Below, piece after piece: positions 8,133 to 17,018 of a stretch of 42,275 bases of DNA (the first letter of the stretch is position 1; each line of letters starts with the position of its first letter). The notes beneath the pieces were generated by a model. It did not search any database, was not told where the DNA came from, and saw nothing but the letters and a program-made list of their open reading frames with translations. Origin of the DNA: a virus; IMG/VR virus record IMGVR_UViG_3300021182_000043, positions 1-42,275 of that record; one strand, 5' to 3'. The position numbers and the translations under genes are program-made.

Positions 8133-8419
8133 CCACCTACCTCTACCCCCCCCCTGGTTCTACCGAAGTCCATTTTCTTGGTGTGGTTTACCGCCCGAAT
8201 GCAGATGGCTGCCTTGCGGTGCCGGACAGCGTGGCCGCCAACATGATCGGCCTCGCGGGCTGCACGCGCCCAAAGTCCGTCCCCATCGTGACCTCGGCGA
8301 AGCGTCCCACCATCGGCATCACCCCTGGGCTTGAGTATTTCGATTCCACGCTGGGCAAGCCGATCTGGAGGAACGCCGCCAATACTCAGTGGGTTGACGC
8401 GACCGGCACCACTGTTTAA
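8129..8419 (+). CDS. hypothetical protein (96 aa)
   Basis: ATGA coupling to terL. C-terminal LEYFDSTLGKPIWRNAANTQWVDATG. Function unknown. Confidence 0.6.
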   Translation: MTTYLYPPPGSTEVHFLGVVYRPNADGCLAVPDSVAANMIGLAGCTRPKSVPIVTSAKRPTIGITPGLEYFDSTLGKPIWRNAANTQWVDATGTTV

Positions 8420-8429
8420 GGAGCAGGCC

Positions 8430-10751
8430 ATGGCGAAACCGAAGCCTGAGGGCGAAGAGTTGCTTGGCAGGACGCCCAACACGCCGGATGGAGGCGTGGA
8501 CTTCAAGCCTGGGATCATCGAGCGCGTGGCTGCAGGAATCCGCTACATCAGGACTGGTGAAGCCGCGCCGTGGTTCGGCCCCAACGATCCCCTACCGCCT
8601 TCCGCGCCTGACAGCGTGAAGGGCCGCCCGTGGGACTTCCCGATGGGGGTCAACCTCCAATACACCCCCCGCGTGGACCAGGGCGATACCACGGTGGACT
8701 TCGCCACGCTGCGGCGGGTGTCTGACCCCGTGCAGGGCGGGCTGGACCAGCTCCGCCTCGCCATCGAGACCCGCAAGGATCAGATGGAAGGCCAGCGGTG
8801 GTGCTTCAAGGGCATGGACGGGAAAGATGGTGGGCCCCGCGCCCGTGTCATTGAGGCTGCGTTCCGCAGGCCTGATGTGGTGCACACCTACCGCCAATGG
8901 GCCCGCCCTATCTGGGATGACCTGCTCGTGATCGACGCCCCCGCCATCTACCTCCGCCCCATCGGTGGGAAAGATGGCCAGAAGTTCATCCCCGAGCAGG
9001 TGGATGGGGCCTCCATCAAAATCCTGATCGACCAGAATGGCCGCACTCCCCTCCCACCTGATGCAGCATTCCAGCAGGTCATCAAGGGCCTGCCCGCCGT
9101 GAACTACACGCTGGATGAGCTTCAGTATTCCCCCAGGAATCTCCGCAGCTACAGGTTCTACGGCATGAGCCCGGTGGAGCAGGTGTTGGGCATCGCCAAC
9201 ATCGCCCTGAAGCGGCAGCTCCACCTGCTGGCCTATTACACCTCTGGGACCGTGCCGGACGCCATCGTGACCCCACCGGTGGGGTGGAATCCAGACCAGA
9301 TCAAGCAGGCCCAGCAGTGGATGGACCAGCTCACAGCTCCAGGTGCCCGCCACAAGGTGCGCATCATCCCCGGCGGAGAGTTCACCCAGCTCCGCGACCC
9401 CAAACTCAAGGATGAAATGGATGACTGGCTGGCCAGGATCATCTGCTATGCCTTCAGCCTTCCCCCTGGTGCGCTGGTCAAGGACATGACCAAAGCCGCA
9501 GCCGGGACCAACGTCCAGACCTCACATGAGGAGGGCCTGGAGCCCTTCAAGCTGTGGTGGAAGGATGTGATGGATGATCTGGTCTTGCGGTGCTTTGGGG
9601 TGGATGATATCGAGTTCGCCTACGAAGAAGAGGAAATCACCGATGCTAATGTGAAAATGACCATCTGGACCGGCTATAAGAATGCTGGCGTGGTCACGGT
9701 GGATGAAGTGCGGGACCGGGCTCTCGGCCTGGAGCCCATGACGGATGAGCAGAAGGCCAGCGTTGCGCCTCCTGTGCCTTTGGTGGCCCCTGGGGGGGAG
9801 CCCGGCAGCGCCGGACCGAAGCCAGGAACCACCCAGGGGGAGGTGGATGGGTCGGCCTCCCCACTTCCCCCTGTCCCTAAAGCAGCTGCGCGGCAGGCTC
9901 ACGCAGGTGGGCTTCAAAAAAAAAAGACCAAGATACTCGCCCGCATTGACCACGACCGGCCAGCGGTAAAGAAGGCCGAGAAGGCGATCACCAAGCTATT
10001 CAGGGCCCGCTTCGCCAAGCAGCGTGCGGCCCTGGTAGCTGCCGTTAAGGCTGAGGCCCAGAAGCTCCTAAAGATGGACCAGGGAGAGCTGCTGGACCTC
10101 TGGGATTCGCTCTCGGAAGAGGGGAAGGACAAGCTCCGCAAGTCCGTGACCACGCAGCTCAAGGGGACCGCCAAGGATGGGGCCAGCCAGGGGCTCACTC
10201 AGGTCATGGACTTCGCTGGGCCGACCGAGGGCGATCTGGACGCCATGCTCTCCCAGGCCAACGAGAGGGCCGTGGCCTATGCCGAGGACAGAGGGGCCGA
10301 GCTGGTGGGCATGAAGTGGGACCACGACAGCGGGGCCTACATCGAGAACCCCAATCCAGAGTGGGCCATCGACAACACCACCAGGGACAAGATCCGCGAT
10401 CTGGTGGCCATGGCGGAGGACAAGGGCTGGTCCAATGCAGAGCTGGCTGATGCCATCCAGGCAGATACCGCCTTCAGCGACGAGAGGGCGGAAATGATCG
10501 CCCGCACAGAGACCGCCTTCGCGGACATACAGGGCAATCTGGCTGGTTGGGAGGCCTCTGGGGTAGTCGAGTCCAAAGAGTGGTCTGTCAGCCAGGACGA
10601 GGTGTGCGACGAGTGCCTAGCCTTGGATGGGAAGGTCATCGGGCTGGATGAGGACTTCCCGGATGGCGACCCCCCGCTGCACCCGAACTGCCGGTGTGAT
10701 CTTCTCCCTGGCGTCATTTCCCAAGAACAAATTGACGCTGAAACCGCCTAA
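8430..10751 (+). CDS. portal protein fused to a MuF / SPP1 gp7-like minor head protein domain (773 aa)
   Basis: AAGGAG lies upstream of ATG 8430. The N-terminal ~495 aa sit in the canonical portal position after terL. A Pro/Gly linker follows. The C terminus carries MuF-type motifs: ERAEMIARTETAFA...SVSQDEVCDECLALDGKV...PPLHPNCRCDLLP. Confidence 0.85.
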   Translation: MAKPKPEGEELLGRTPNTPDGGVDFKPGIIERVAAGIRYIRTGEAAPWFGPNDPLPPSAPDSVKGRPWDFPMGVNLQYTPRVDQGDTTVDFATLRRVSDPVQGGLDQLRLAIETRKDQMEGQRWCFKGMDGKDGGPRARVIEAAFRRPDVVHTYRQWARPIWDDLLVIDAPAIYLRPIGGKDGQKFIPEQVDGASIKILIDQNGRTPLPPDAAFQQVIKGLPAVNYTLDELQYSPRNLRSYRFYGMSPVEQVLGIANIALKRQLHLLAYYTSGTVPDAIVTPPVGWNPDQIKQAQQWMDQLTAPGARHKVRIIPGGEFTQLRDPKLKDEMDDWLARIICYAFSLPPGALVKDMTKAAAGTNVQTSHEEGLEPFKLWWKDVMDDLVLRCFGVDDIEFAYEEEEITDANVKMTIWTGYKNAGVVTVDEVRDRALGLEPMTDEQKASVAPPVPLVAPGGEPGSAGPKPGTTQGEVDGSASPLPPVPKAAARQAHAGGLQKKKTKILARIDHDRPAVKKAEKAITKLFRARFAKQRAALVAAVKAEAQKLLKMDQGELLDLWDSLSEEGKDKLRKSVTTQLKGTAKDGASQGLTQVMDFAGPTEGDLDAMLSQANERAVAYAEDRGAELVGMKWDHDSGAYIENPNPEWAIDNTTRDKIRDLVAMAEDKGWSNAELADAIQADTAFSDERAEMIARTETAFADIQGNLAGWEASGVVESKEWSVSQDEVCDECLALDGKVIGLDEDFPDGDPPLHPNCRCDLLPGVISQEQIDAETA
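9916..9925 (+). repeat. A10 homopolymer in the portal/MuF linker
   Basis: gcttcAAAAAAAAAAgacc reads as CAA AAA AAA AAG in frame. The -1 frame stops at 9947-9949 and the +1 frame at 9967-9969. Confidence 0.95.
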
Positions 10752-10771
10752 CACCACTCCATGGAGGGTCT

Positions 10772-10981
10772 ATGTTCATTGGCGACGATGGAACCTGCGC
10801 CTATCACGGCTGCGATCAGCGCGGCCACTCGGTCTGCCATGAAGTTTACCAGCAACAGGCGGCCATCGCCGCGACCATCAACACCATGCTGGCTGACGTA
10901 GGGAACACCATCCTGCCGACCTATTCCACCCAGCTCAAGGCTCTGCTGGCCGAAAACTTCCCAACTTCAACCACAACCTGA
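10772..10981 (+). CDS. hypothetical protein (69 aa)
   Basis: GGAGGG Shine-Dalgarno upstream. Cys/His-rich N terminus (CAYHGCDQRGHSVCH). Confidence 0.5.
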   Translation: MFIGDDGTCAYHGCDQRGHSVCHEVYQQQAAIAATINTMLADVGNTILPTYSTQLKALLAENFPTSTTT

Positions 10982-11028
10982 CCGTTCTGGACATGGCGGG
11001 GCAGATGAGCACAGACTACAAAGTAAAA

Positions 11029-11064
11029 AGCACCGGAGCCCCTTGTGGCCGGTGCTATCATTTT
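11029..11064 (+). terminator. intra-operon stem-loop with a T tract (attenuating terminator candidate)
   Basis: AGCACCGG-12 nt-CCGGTGCT followed by ATCATTTTG, in the gap before the protease gene. Confidence 0.45.
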
Positions 11065-11087
11065 GCCGTAGTCCAGGGGGGTTAACG

Positions 11088-12377
11088 ATGGCGAAGCGAG
11101 TTCGGCTGTTCGGGGCGATCCAAAAGGTGGATGTCCAGGATGACGGGAGCCTGATCGTATCTGGTGTTGCCTCCAGTGAAACCGTGGATGGTGAGGGCGA
11201 GGTCGTGAAGGCCGATGCCATGCGGGGGGCCATCCCTGCCTATATGAAGAAGTCCGGCGCTGTCCGTGAAATGCACCAGCCTATCGCCGCTGGGGCCGCC
11301 ATCGCCATCCGTGTGGATGATGACGGTGTGACCCACTTCGAATGTCTGGTGAAGGACACCGGGAGCATCGGCAAGATCACCTGCGATCCCCCCGTCCTCA
11401 AGGGCTTCAGCATCGGCGGAAAGGTCACGGAGCGCGACCCCCTGAACAAGAAGATCATCACCGGCCTGAGCCTCGTGGAAATCAGTCTGGTGGATGTCCC
11501 CTGCAACCCTGATGCCGTGTTCGCCATGGCAAAGTTCGACACCCCGGAGGATGAAGTGGACGAGCCCGAAAGCACTGAGACCACCCAGAAGGGAATGGCC
11601 CATGTGGCAGACCTCGCATGGCTCCTGAAACAGATCCAGTGGTTGACCGCCGATCAGATCCAGGAGGCGGCCCGCGAAGGTGATTCCAGCCCCGTGCCCT
11701 CCAAGATCAAGGCTTGGCTGGCTGCTGGTGGCGTGCTCCTGGCGGAAATGACTGCCGAGGAGGTGGCCGAGCTGGTCACCGCCCTGCCGGATGCAGCGCC
11801 CGAGGCTGTTGGTGCTGATGTGGTGAACTACGCAGCTGGCACCGATGGCGTGGAAAAGAAGGGTGCGAAGTTCAGCCAGTCCAGCAAAGACGCCCTGGAC
11901 ACCGCCCACAAGGGTGCGATGGATGCCCACAAGCAGATGGGTTCCTGCCTGAAGGCCCTGGGTGCTGTGTGGGCCGAGGGTGGAGAGAACGGGAACACCC
12001 AAGCCAGCGGCGGGAACAATGACGCGCAGGGTGCCGGTGCCGGTTCTGACGACACCAGCGGGAAGGCCCAGCTCTCAGAGGCGATCACCAAGGCCGCGAG
12101 TCTGACCGACGAGCTGGCAAAGGTCACGACCGAAAAAGAGTCGCTGCAGAAAGCGCTGGACAGCATCAGCGCCGACTTCAAGACCACAAAGGATGCCCTG
12201 GCGAAAGCTGAGGCTGATCTGAAGGTGAAGGGGGCGAAGCAGGCTGTCCCCATCGAGAAGGGAAAGGAATCCACCGCCCTGGGCGCTGCCGACGAGCCCA
12301 AACCAAGCACGGACCCTCTGGACATCATGAAATCTGTCCAGGGCCAGCCCGTGAATCTCATTTTCAACCCCCGTTAG
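11088..12377 (+). CDS. prohead protease (XkdF / S78-like) fused to a scaffold-like coiled-coil C terminus (429 aa)
   Basis: The N terminus MAKRVRLFGAIQKVDVQDDGSLIVSGVASSETVDGEGEVV...REMH...GFSIGG is typical of XkdF-like prohead proteases. The C-terminal half is Ala/Lys/Glu-rich and helical. It sits between the portal and the capsid genes. Confidence 0.75.
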   Translation: MAKRVRLFGAIQKVDVQDDGSLIVSGVASSETVDGEGEVVKADAMRGAIPAYMKKSGAVREMHQPIAAGAAIAIRVDDDGVTHFECLVKDTGSIGKITCDPPVLKGFSIGGKVTERDPLNKKIITGLSLVEISLVDVPCNPDAVFAMAKFDTPEDEVDEPESTETTQKGMAHVADLAWLLKQIQWLTADQIQEAAREGDSSPVPSKIKAWLAAGGVLLAEMTAEEVAELVTALPDAAPEAVGADVVNYAAGTDGVEKKGAKFSQSSKDALDTAHKGAMDAHKQMGSCLKALGAVWAEGGENGNTQASGGNNDAQGAGAGSDDTSGKAQLSEAITKAASLTDELAKVTTEKESLQKALDSISADFKTTKDALAKAEADLKVKGAKQAVPIEKGKESTALGAADEPKPSTDPLDIMKSVQGQPVNLIFNPR

Positions 12378-12405
12378 TCCGGGGCAACCCAAGGAGGCTC
12401 TACAG

Positions 12406-13887
12406 ATGAGCGACCTCACCAAAACCATGGACGCCATGCGGGAGGCCCAGGCCAACGGCTCGGAAGCACTCGCCAAAGCGTTCACCCAGGGCACCGGTCT
12501 CGTTGCCTACGACCTCCAGGCCCCGGCCCTGGCCCTCTATCCCTTCCTCGCTGCGCTCACCATGCTGCGCAACGAAATTCCCCGTGTCGGCGGCGGCGGG
12601 GATACGGCGACCCGCTGGAAGGCCATCACTGGCATCAACACCACGAACGTCCACCCGGGCGTGTCGGAAGGTAATCGCGGTGCGCTCATCAGCACCACCG
12701 TGGCCAACTACCTCGCTGCATATGCCGGGTTCGGCCTGGAAGACACCGTGAGCTTCGAGGCGGATTACGCTGCCCAGGGGTTCGATGATGTCAAGGCCCG
12801 CAGCCGCCTCGGCCTGCTCCGGTCCCTGATGCTGGCGGAAGAGGCCCAGCTCCTGGGTGGCAACGCCAGCCTGTCCTTGGGCACCACGCCCACCCCGACC
12901 CTGGCCGCCGCTGCCGGTTCCTGGACCCTGCCCACGCTTACCTACGGCGTGATCTGCGTGGCCCTCTCCGCCCAGGGCTTCAGCCGCACCAGCCTCGCCA
13001 ACGGCGTCCCTGGCCAGCTCTCGAAGTCCAACGTGGACGGTTCCACCGACACCATCAACGGTGGAGCTGCCCAGAAGTCCGCTGAAGCCACCCAGGCCAT
13101 CACCCTTGGTCAGGCGCTCCAGTGCACCGTCACCCCGGTAGAAGGCGCGGTAGGTTACGCGTGGTTCATCGGTGCCGCTGGTGCTGAAAAGCTGGAGTTC
13201 ATCACCACCATCAACAGCCTGCAGGTCACGGCTCCCCTGAATGGCACCAGGCAGGCAGCTTCCGCCCTGACTGCCGCTGACTACTCGAAGGACACCGTTT
13301 ACAACGTAGACGGTCTGCTCACCTTCGCCAAGTCGGCCAACAACAGCATCGTCAGCGCCCTCGCTACCGGTGTCGTTGGCACCGGCACCACGCTGACCTC
13401 GGACGGTGCGGGCGGTGTGGCGGAAATCAACAACCTGCTGCAGACCATGTTTGATACCTACCGGCTCGGGCCTGATGAGCTGCTGGTCTCCAGCGGTGGC
13501 ATTCGCCTCATCAACAAGCTCTGCATCGGCAACGGTGGCGCCCCCTTATTCCGCTTCGTCATGGATGACAAGGGTGGAGTGTCCGGCCTCGCGGCTGGCG
13601 CGACCATCGGCAGCTACCTGAACCCCATCACCAACCAGCTCATCCGTGTCCGGGTCCACCCGAACATGCCCGCTGGCACGATCCTCGGCTATGCCAAGGA
13701 AATTCCCTACCCCCTCAACGGTGTCGGGAACGTGATGCAGGTCAAGACCCGCCGGGAATACTACAGCATCGACTGGCCGGTAGGCATCCAGGGGCGGAAA
13801 TTCCCCTTCGGTGTTTACTGCGATGAGGTGCTGCAGCACTACGCCCCCTTCGCCATGATGAAGCTCTACAACGTCGCCGGGGCCTAG
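12406..13887 (+). CDS. major capsid protein (493 aa)
   Basis: AGGAGG Shine-Dalgarno upstream. It directly follows the protease-scaffold gene. High GC3 and a long ORF. Large for a capsid protein, so an inserted domain is possible. Confidence 0.8.
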   Translation: MSDLTKTMDAMREAQANGSEALAKAFTQGTGLVAYDLQAPALALYPFLAALTMLRNEIPRVGGGGDTATRWKAITGINTTNVHPGVSEGNRGALISTTVANYLAAYAGFGLEDTVSFEADYAAQGFDDVKARSRLGLLRSLMLAEEAQLLGGNASLSLGTTPTPTLAAAAGSWTLPTLTYGVICVALSAQGFSRTSLANGVPGQLSKSNVDGSTDTINGGAAQKSAEATQAITLGQALQCTVTPVEGAVGYAWFIGAAGAEKLEFITTINSLQVTAPLNGTRQAASALTAADYSKDTVYNVDGLLTFAKSANNSIVSALATGVVGTGTTLTSDGAGGVAEINNLLQTMFDTYRLGPDELLVSSGGIRLINKLCIGNGGAPLFRFVMDDKGGVSGLAAGATIGSYLNPITNQLIRVRVHPNMPAGTILGYAKEIPYPLNGVGNVMQVKTRREYYSIDWPVGIQGRKFPFGVYCDEVLQHYAPFAMMKLYNVAGA

Positions 13888-13908
13888 GCTCTGGTGTGGT
13901 TCAACCAA

Positions 13909-13934
13909 GGGGCGGGTGGGAAGCTGCCCGCCCC
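13909..13934 (+). terminator. GC-rich stem-loop right after the capsid gene (partial terminator or mRNA stabiliser candidate)
   Basis: GGGGCGGG-10 nt-CCCGCCCC, starting 22 nt after the capsid stop. No clear U tract. Confidence 0.4.
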
Positions 13935-13953
13935 TACTTCTGAAAGGCCGACC

Positions 13954-14457
13954 ATGAAGATCAAGCTCTACCGCAAGGACACGTCCGGGTGCAGCGTCGA
14001 AGGGGTGAACTACGAGCCCGATGGTGATGGTGCTTTCCTGGTATCTCCTGAGCATGTCCCCCAGCTCGTGGAAATGGGCTTCACCAGTGAGAACCCTCTC
14101 CCGCCCGAGAACCCCCGCAAGTCCAACCCTGCCCTAATGACCACCGAGGCCCTGCAGGATGAGGCCGCTGAGCTCGAGATTCCCAACTTCGGGACGCTGG
14201 AGCGTGGCCCGCTCGTGGGCGCTGTTGCCAAGGCCCGCAAAGCCAAGATCGCCGCCGAGGTCGCCGCTGCTGATGCTGCTGAGGCTGACCGCCTCAAAGC
14301 AGTTGACGCCGAGTCGGGGCTGGTCCAGGACGCGCCGAAAGCCCCTGGGGCCTCTGAGCTTCCCAACCTCCAGTCAGACCAGCCTGAGGGCGGTTCTACG
14401 CCTGTCCTCGCCTCGGCCGGCCAGGACGGAGCTGACGCTCTTAAGACCGAGGTGTAG
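13954..14457 (+). CDS. hypothetical head-module protein (167 aa) with a possible HeH/Rho_N-like helix pair
   Basis: Track ORF trimmed to ATG 13954. The segment TTEALQDEAAELEIPNFGTLERGPLVGAVAKARKA resembles HeH/Rho N-terminal motifs. Ala-rich C terminus. Confidence 0.55.
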   Translation: MKIKLYRKDTSGCSVEGVNYEPDGDGAFLVSPEHVPQLVEMGFTSENPLPPENPRKSNPALMTTEALQDEAAELEIPNFGTLERGPLVGAVAKARKAKIAAEVAAADAAEADRLKAVDAESGLVQDAPKAPGASELPNLQSDQPEGGSTPVLASAGQDGADALKTEV

Positions 14458-14459
14458 CC

Positions 14460-14996
14460 ATGGCTGCTGGTGATCTGACCGTTCTGACGAACGTGAAGGA
14501 CTACTTGGACCTTACCGAGACCACGAAGGACACTCTTCTGGCCCGGCTGATCACCGCTGCCTCCACCTGGATCAAGTCCTGGACAAACCGGGACTTTACC
14601 TCTCAGAGCTACACCCAGACGCTGGACGGGAATGACGCCGCCGGGATCATGCTGGACCAGTATCCAGTCACGGCGGTGTCAGCCATTTCGGTCGATGGTG
14701 CCGCCGTGGACCTGTCCACCGTGGCATGGGATGGTGCTCTCCTCATGCTGACGGATGGCAGTACCTTCGACCTCGGGACCAGGAACGTGGTGGTCACCTA
14801 CACGGCAGGATTCCCCGCCGTGCCCGCCGACATCGAGCAGGCATGCATCGAAATCGTGGCATGGCGCTACACCGAGCGGCAGCGCATCCAGCAGAGCAGC
14901 AAGAGCATGGGTGGTGAGGTGGTGAGCTTCCAGACCGCCGAGGCCCCGAAGTCCACCATGGTCCTGCTCTCCCAATACAAGCGGGTGTGCCCATGA
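14460..14996 (+). CDS. head-tail connector (gp6-like adaptor) protein (178 aa)
   Basis: The N terminus LTVLTNVKDYLDLTETTKDTLLARLITAASTWIKSWTNRDF is typical of gp6-like head-tail connectors. Position after the capsid fits. Confidence 0.7.
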   Translation: MAAGDLTVLTNVKDYLDLTETTKDTLLARLITAASTWIKSWTNRDFTSQSYTQTLDGNDAAGIMLDQYPVTAVSAISVDGAAVDLSTVAWDGALLMLTDGSTFDLGTRNVVVTYTAGFPAVPADIEQACIEIVAWRYTERQRIQQSSKSMGGEVVSFQTAEAPKSTMVLLSQYKRVCP

Positions 14997-15478
14997 TCGA
15001 CCTCACGGCCCAGGTAACCGGAGCTGAGGCGGTGGTCGCCCATCTTGGGCAGGCCACCACCAGCTTCAGTGATCGTGTGCCCAAGACCGTGGAGGCCCTG
15101 GGCATTGAGCTTCAGCGCCGGGTCCGTGAGTTCTACCTACTTGGCCCCAGGCCAGATCACCTTGCCCGCGTGACCGGCAGGCTGTCGCGGTCCATCAACC
15201 AGAGCCTCACTGAGCCCGAGAAGTGGACCTACAAATCCACGGTGGGAACCAACGTGGGCTACGGTGCCTATTGGGAGCGCGGGTTCGATCAAAAGTTCGG
15301 CGCTGGTGCTCGTGGAGGGCCCAGAACACTCCTGACAGAGCGGGCGCGGGCCAAGTATTTCGCTGCCCGCCCGCCTGGAACCCGCTGGCAGCAGCGCCCC
15401 TTTCTTGTCCCGGCTCTTGAGGACTTGAAGGGGAGCATCCGAGAGCGGCTGGTGGCCGCCATCACTGGAAAGGGGTAG
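14987..15478 (+). CDS. HK97 gp10-like head-tail joining protein (163 aa)
   Basis: Position and N-terminal pattern (IDLTAQVTGAEAVVAHLGQA...VPKTVEALGIELQRRVRE) fit this family. Confidence 0.6.
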   Translation: MPMIDLTAQVTGAEAVVAHLGQATTSFSDRVPKTVEALGIELQRRVREFYLLGPRPDHLARVTGRLSRSINQSLTEPEKWTYKSTVGTNVGYGAYWERGFDQKFGAGARGGPRTLLTERARAKYFAARPPGTRWQQRPFLVPALEDLKGSIRERLVAAITGKG

Positions 15479-15481
15479 ATC

Positions 15482-15961
15482 ATGGCCCTGGACCGAGAAC
15501 CCATCTACACGGCCATCTTCGCCCGCTGCCAGGGTGTCGCGGGGCTCAACACCTGCAGCCGGACCTGGAGGCATTTTGACGATGTGCCCGCTGCCCAGCA
15601 GCCCGCCTTGTTCCTGACGATTGGAAACGAGGTTTGTAAGCCGCAGCGCGGGATGCCGCCTGAATGGACCCTGAGCCCCACCCTGCACCTCTACGTGCGG
15701 AACGATGCCACCCCCAGCATCGCCCCAGGCATCCAGCTCCATGCTTTTCTCAAGCTGATCGAGGCCATTTTCGAGCGCACGGCAGGGGAGGCGTCCTTGG
15801 CGAATGGCCCCTTTTCTGACTCCGGGGCCGACAGCTACGGGACCACCCTAGGCGGTCTGGTAAACCACTGCTGGATCAAGGGCCAGATCATCACCGATGA
15901 GGGGCTGCTACAGAAGCAGGCCCTGGCTATCATTCCATTGGAAGTCCTCACAACCTCATAG
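15482..15961 (+). CDS. tail completion / terminator-like protein (159 aa)
   Basis: Assigned from position only, between the head-tail joining genes and the tail tube. Confidence 0.45.
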   Translation: MALDREPIYTAIFARCQGVAGLNTCSRTWRHFDDVPAAQQPALFLTIGNEVCKPQRGMPPEWTLSPTLHLYVRNDATPSIAPGIQLHAFLKLIEAIFERTAGEASLANGPFSDSGADSYGTTLGGLVNHCWIKGQIITDEGLLQKQALAIIPLEVLTTS

Positions 15962-15969
15962 GAGCGCCC

Positions 15970-16248
15970 ATGACCCCCAGCATCGACCAGGACAAGCCCA
16001 CCACGCCATCCCAGGACCAGACCGTAGGGGTTACGCCCTCGGCATCCCCCTCGCCTGTCCTGGAGCCCATTCCGCACGTTCCTGTCCACCTCCCTGCCAG
16101 CTTCACCATGGAGCACCTGGAGGACTTCTTCATGGATCTTCGACGCAACCTGGGCCCTCGGATCGAGTCCCAGCATTTCAATGTTCTTAACGAGGTGGTG
16201 GAGGGCTTCAAGGCTCGGATCGCCGCCCTCTTCCAGAAGGAGGCCTAA
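15970..16248 (+). CDS. hypothetical protein (92 aa)
   Basis: AGGAG Shine-Dalgarno upstream. Pro/Ser/Thr-rich N-terminal half. Confidence 0.5.
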   Translation: MTPSIDQDKPTTPSQDQTVGVTPSASPSPVLEPIPHVPVHLPASFTMEHLEDFFMDLRRNLGPRIESQHFNVLNEVVEGFKARIAALFQKEA

Positions 16249-16250
16249 CC

Positions 16251-16982
16251 ATGGCGCACTACAACTTCGGCGTGGGGCAGGTGTTCTATACCCCCCCAGG
16301 CGCAAACCAGACCCCCGTGCAGGTAGGCACCCTGAAGGATGTCAGTCTCGACATCAGCCGGGATGTCAAGGAGCTGATCGGGGCCAATGCCTTCCCGGAG
16401 GATGTCGCTCTGGGCAAGGGGAAGATCAGCGGCAAGGCGAAGTCGGGCCGCATCTTCGGCTCGATGCTGAACGCCCTGATCGCCGGTTCCACCATCGCCA
16501 CCGGCCAGAAGGGCGCAGCCAACAACGAGACTTGGACCATCCCTACCACCCCGTTCCAGGTGACTGTCGCCCAGAGCGCAACGTGGTCCGAGGATGGCGG
16601 AGTCTATGACTACACCGCTGCCAAGTGGCTCTCCCGTGTGGCCTCCGCTCCCGCGACCGGGCAGTATTCGGTCGCAGCTGGCGTCTATACCTTCGCGGCG
16701 GCTGATGTGGCCCACATCGTGGGCATCTACTACAGCTACACCATCGTGACCGGCACCACTGTTTCCCTGGCCAATCCCCTTATGGGCGCGGCCACGATCT
16801 ACACCCTGAACGTCTTCAACACCTACCGGACCAAGCAGAAGGGCTACAAGCTCTGGGCTGTCTGCTTCCCCAAGGTGAGCTGGGACGACAAGCAGGACGA
16901 TTACACTGAGTTCGACCTGGAGTTCCAGGGGTTCGCGGACATGACCACCAACAAGGTGATCGACCTGTTCCAGGCCGAGTAG
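16251..16982 (+). CDS. major tail (tube) protein (243 aa)
   Basis: AGGAGG Shine-Dalgarno upstream. It sits immediately upstream of the chaperone/tape-measure pair. Beta-rich sequence. Confidence 0.65.
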   Translation: MAHYNFGVGQVFYTPPGANQTPVQVGTLKDVSLDISRDVKELIGANAFPEDVALGKGKISGKAKSGRIFGSMLNALIAGSTIATGQKGAANNETWTIPTTPFQVTVAQSATWSEDGGVYDYTAAKWLSRVASAPATGQYSVAAGVYTFAAADVAHIVGIYYSYTIVTGTTVSLANPLMGAATIYTLNVFNTYRTKQKGYKLWAVCFPKVSWDDKQDDYTEFDLEFQGFADMTTNKVIDLFQAE

Positions 16983-17018
16983 CCTTCAACCACAACCACC
17001 GCCAAGGAGGCCGACGCC

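Noticed and set aside
8146-8154. C9 homopolymer near the 5' end of gene 8129..8419, considered as a possible slippage or phase-variation site.
   Set aside because: It encodes an in-frame Pro-Pro-Pro. In a genome this C-rich, a run of nine C is not clearly unexpected, unlike the A10 tract. There is no supporting alternative-frame architecture.
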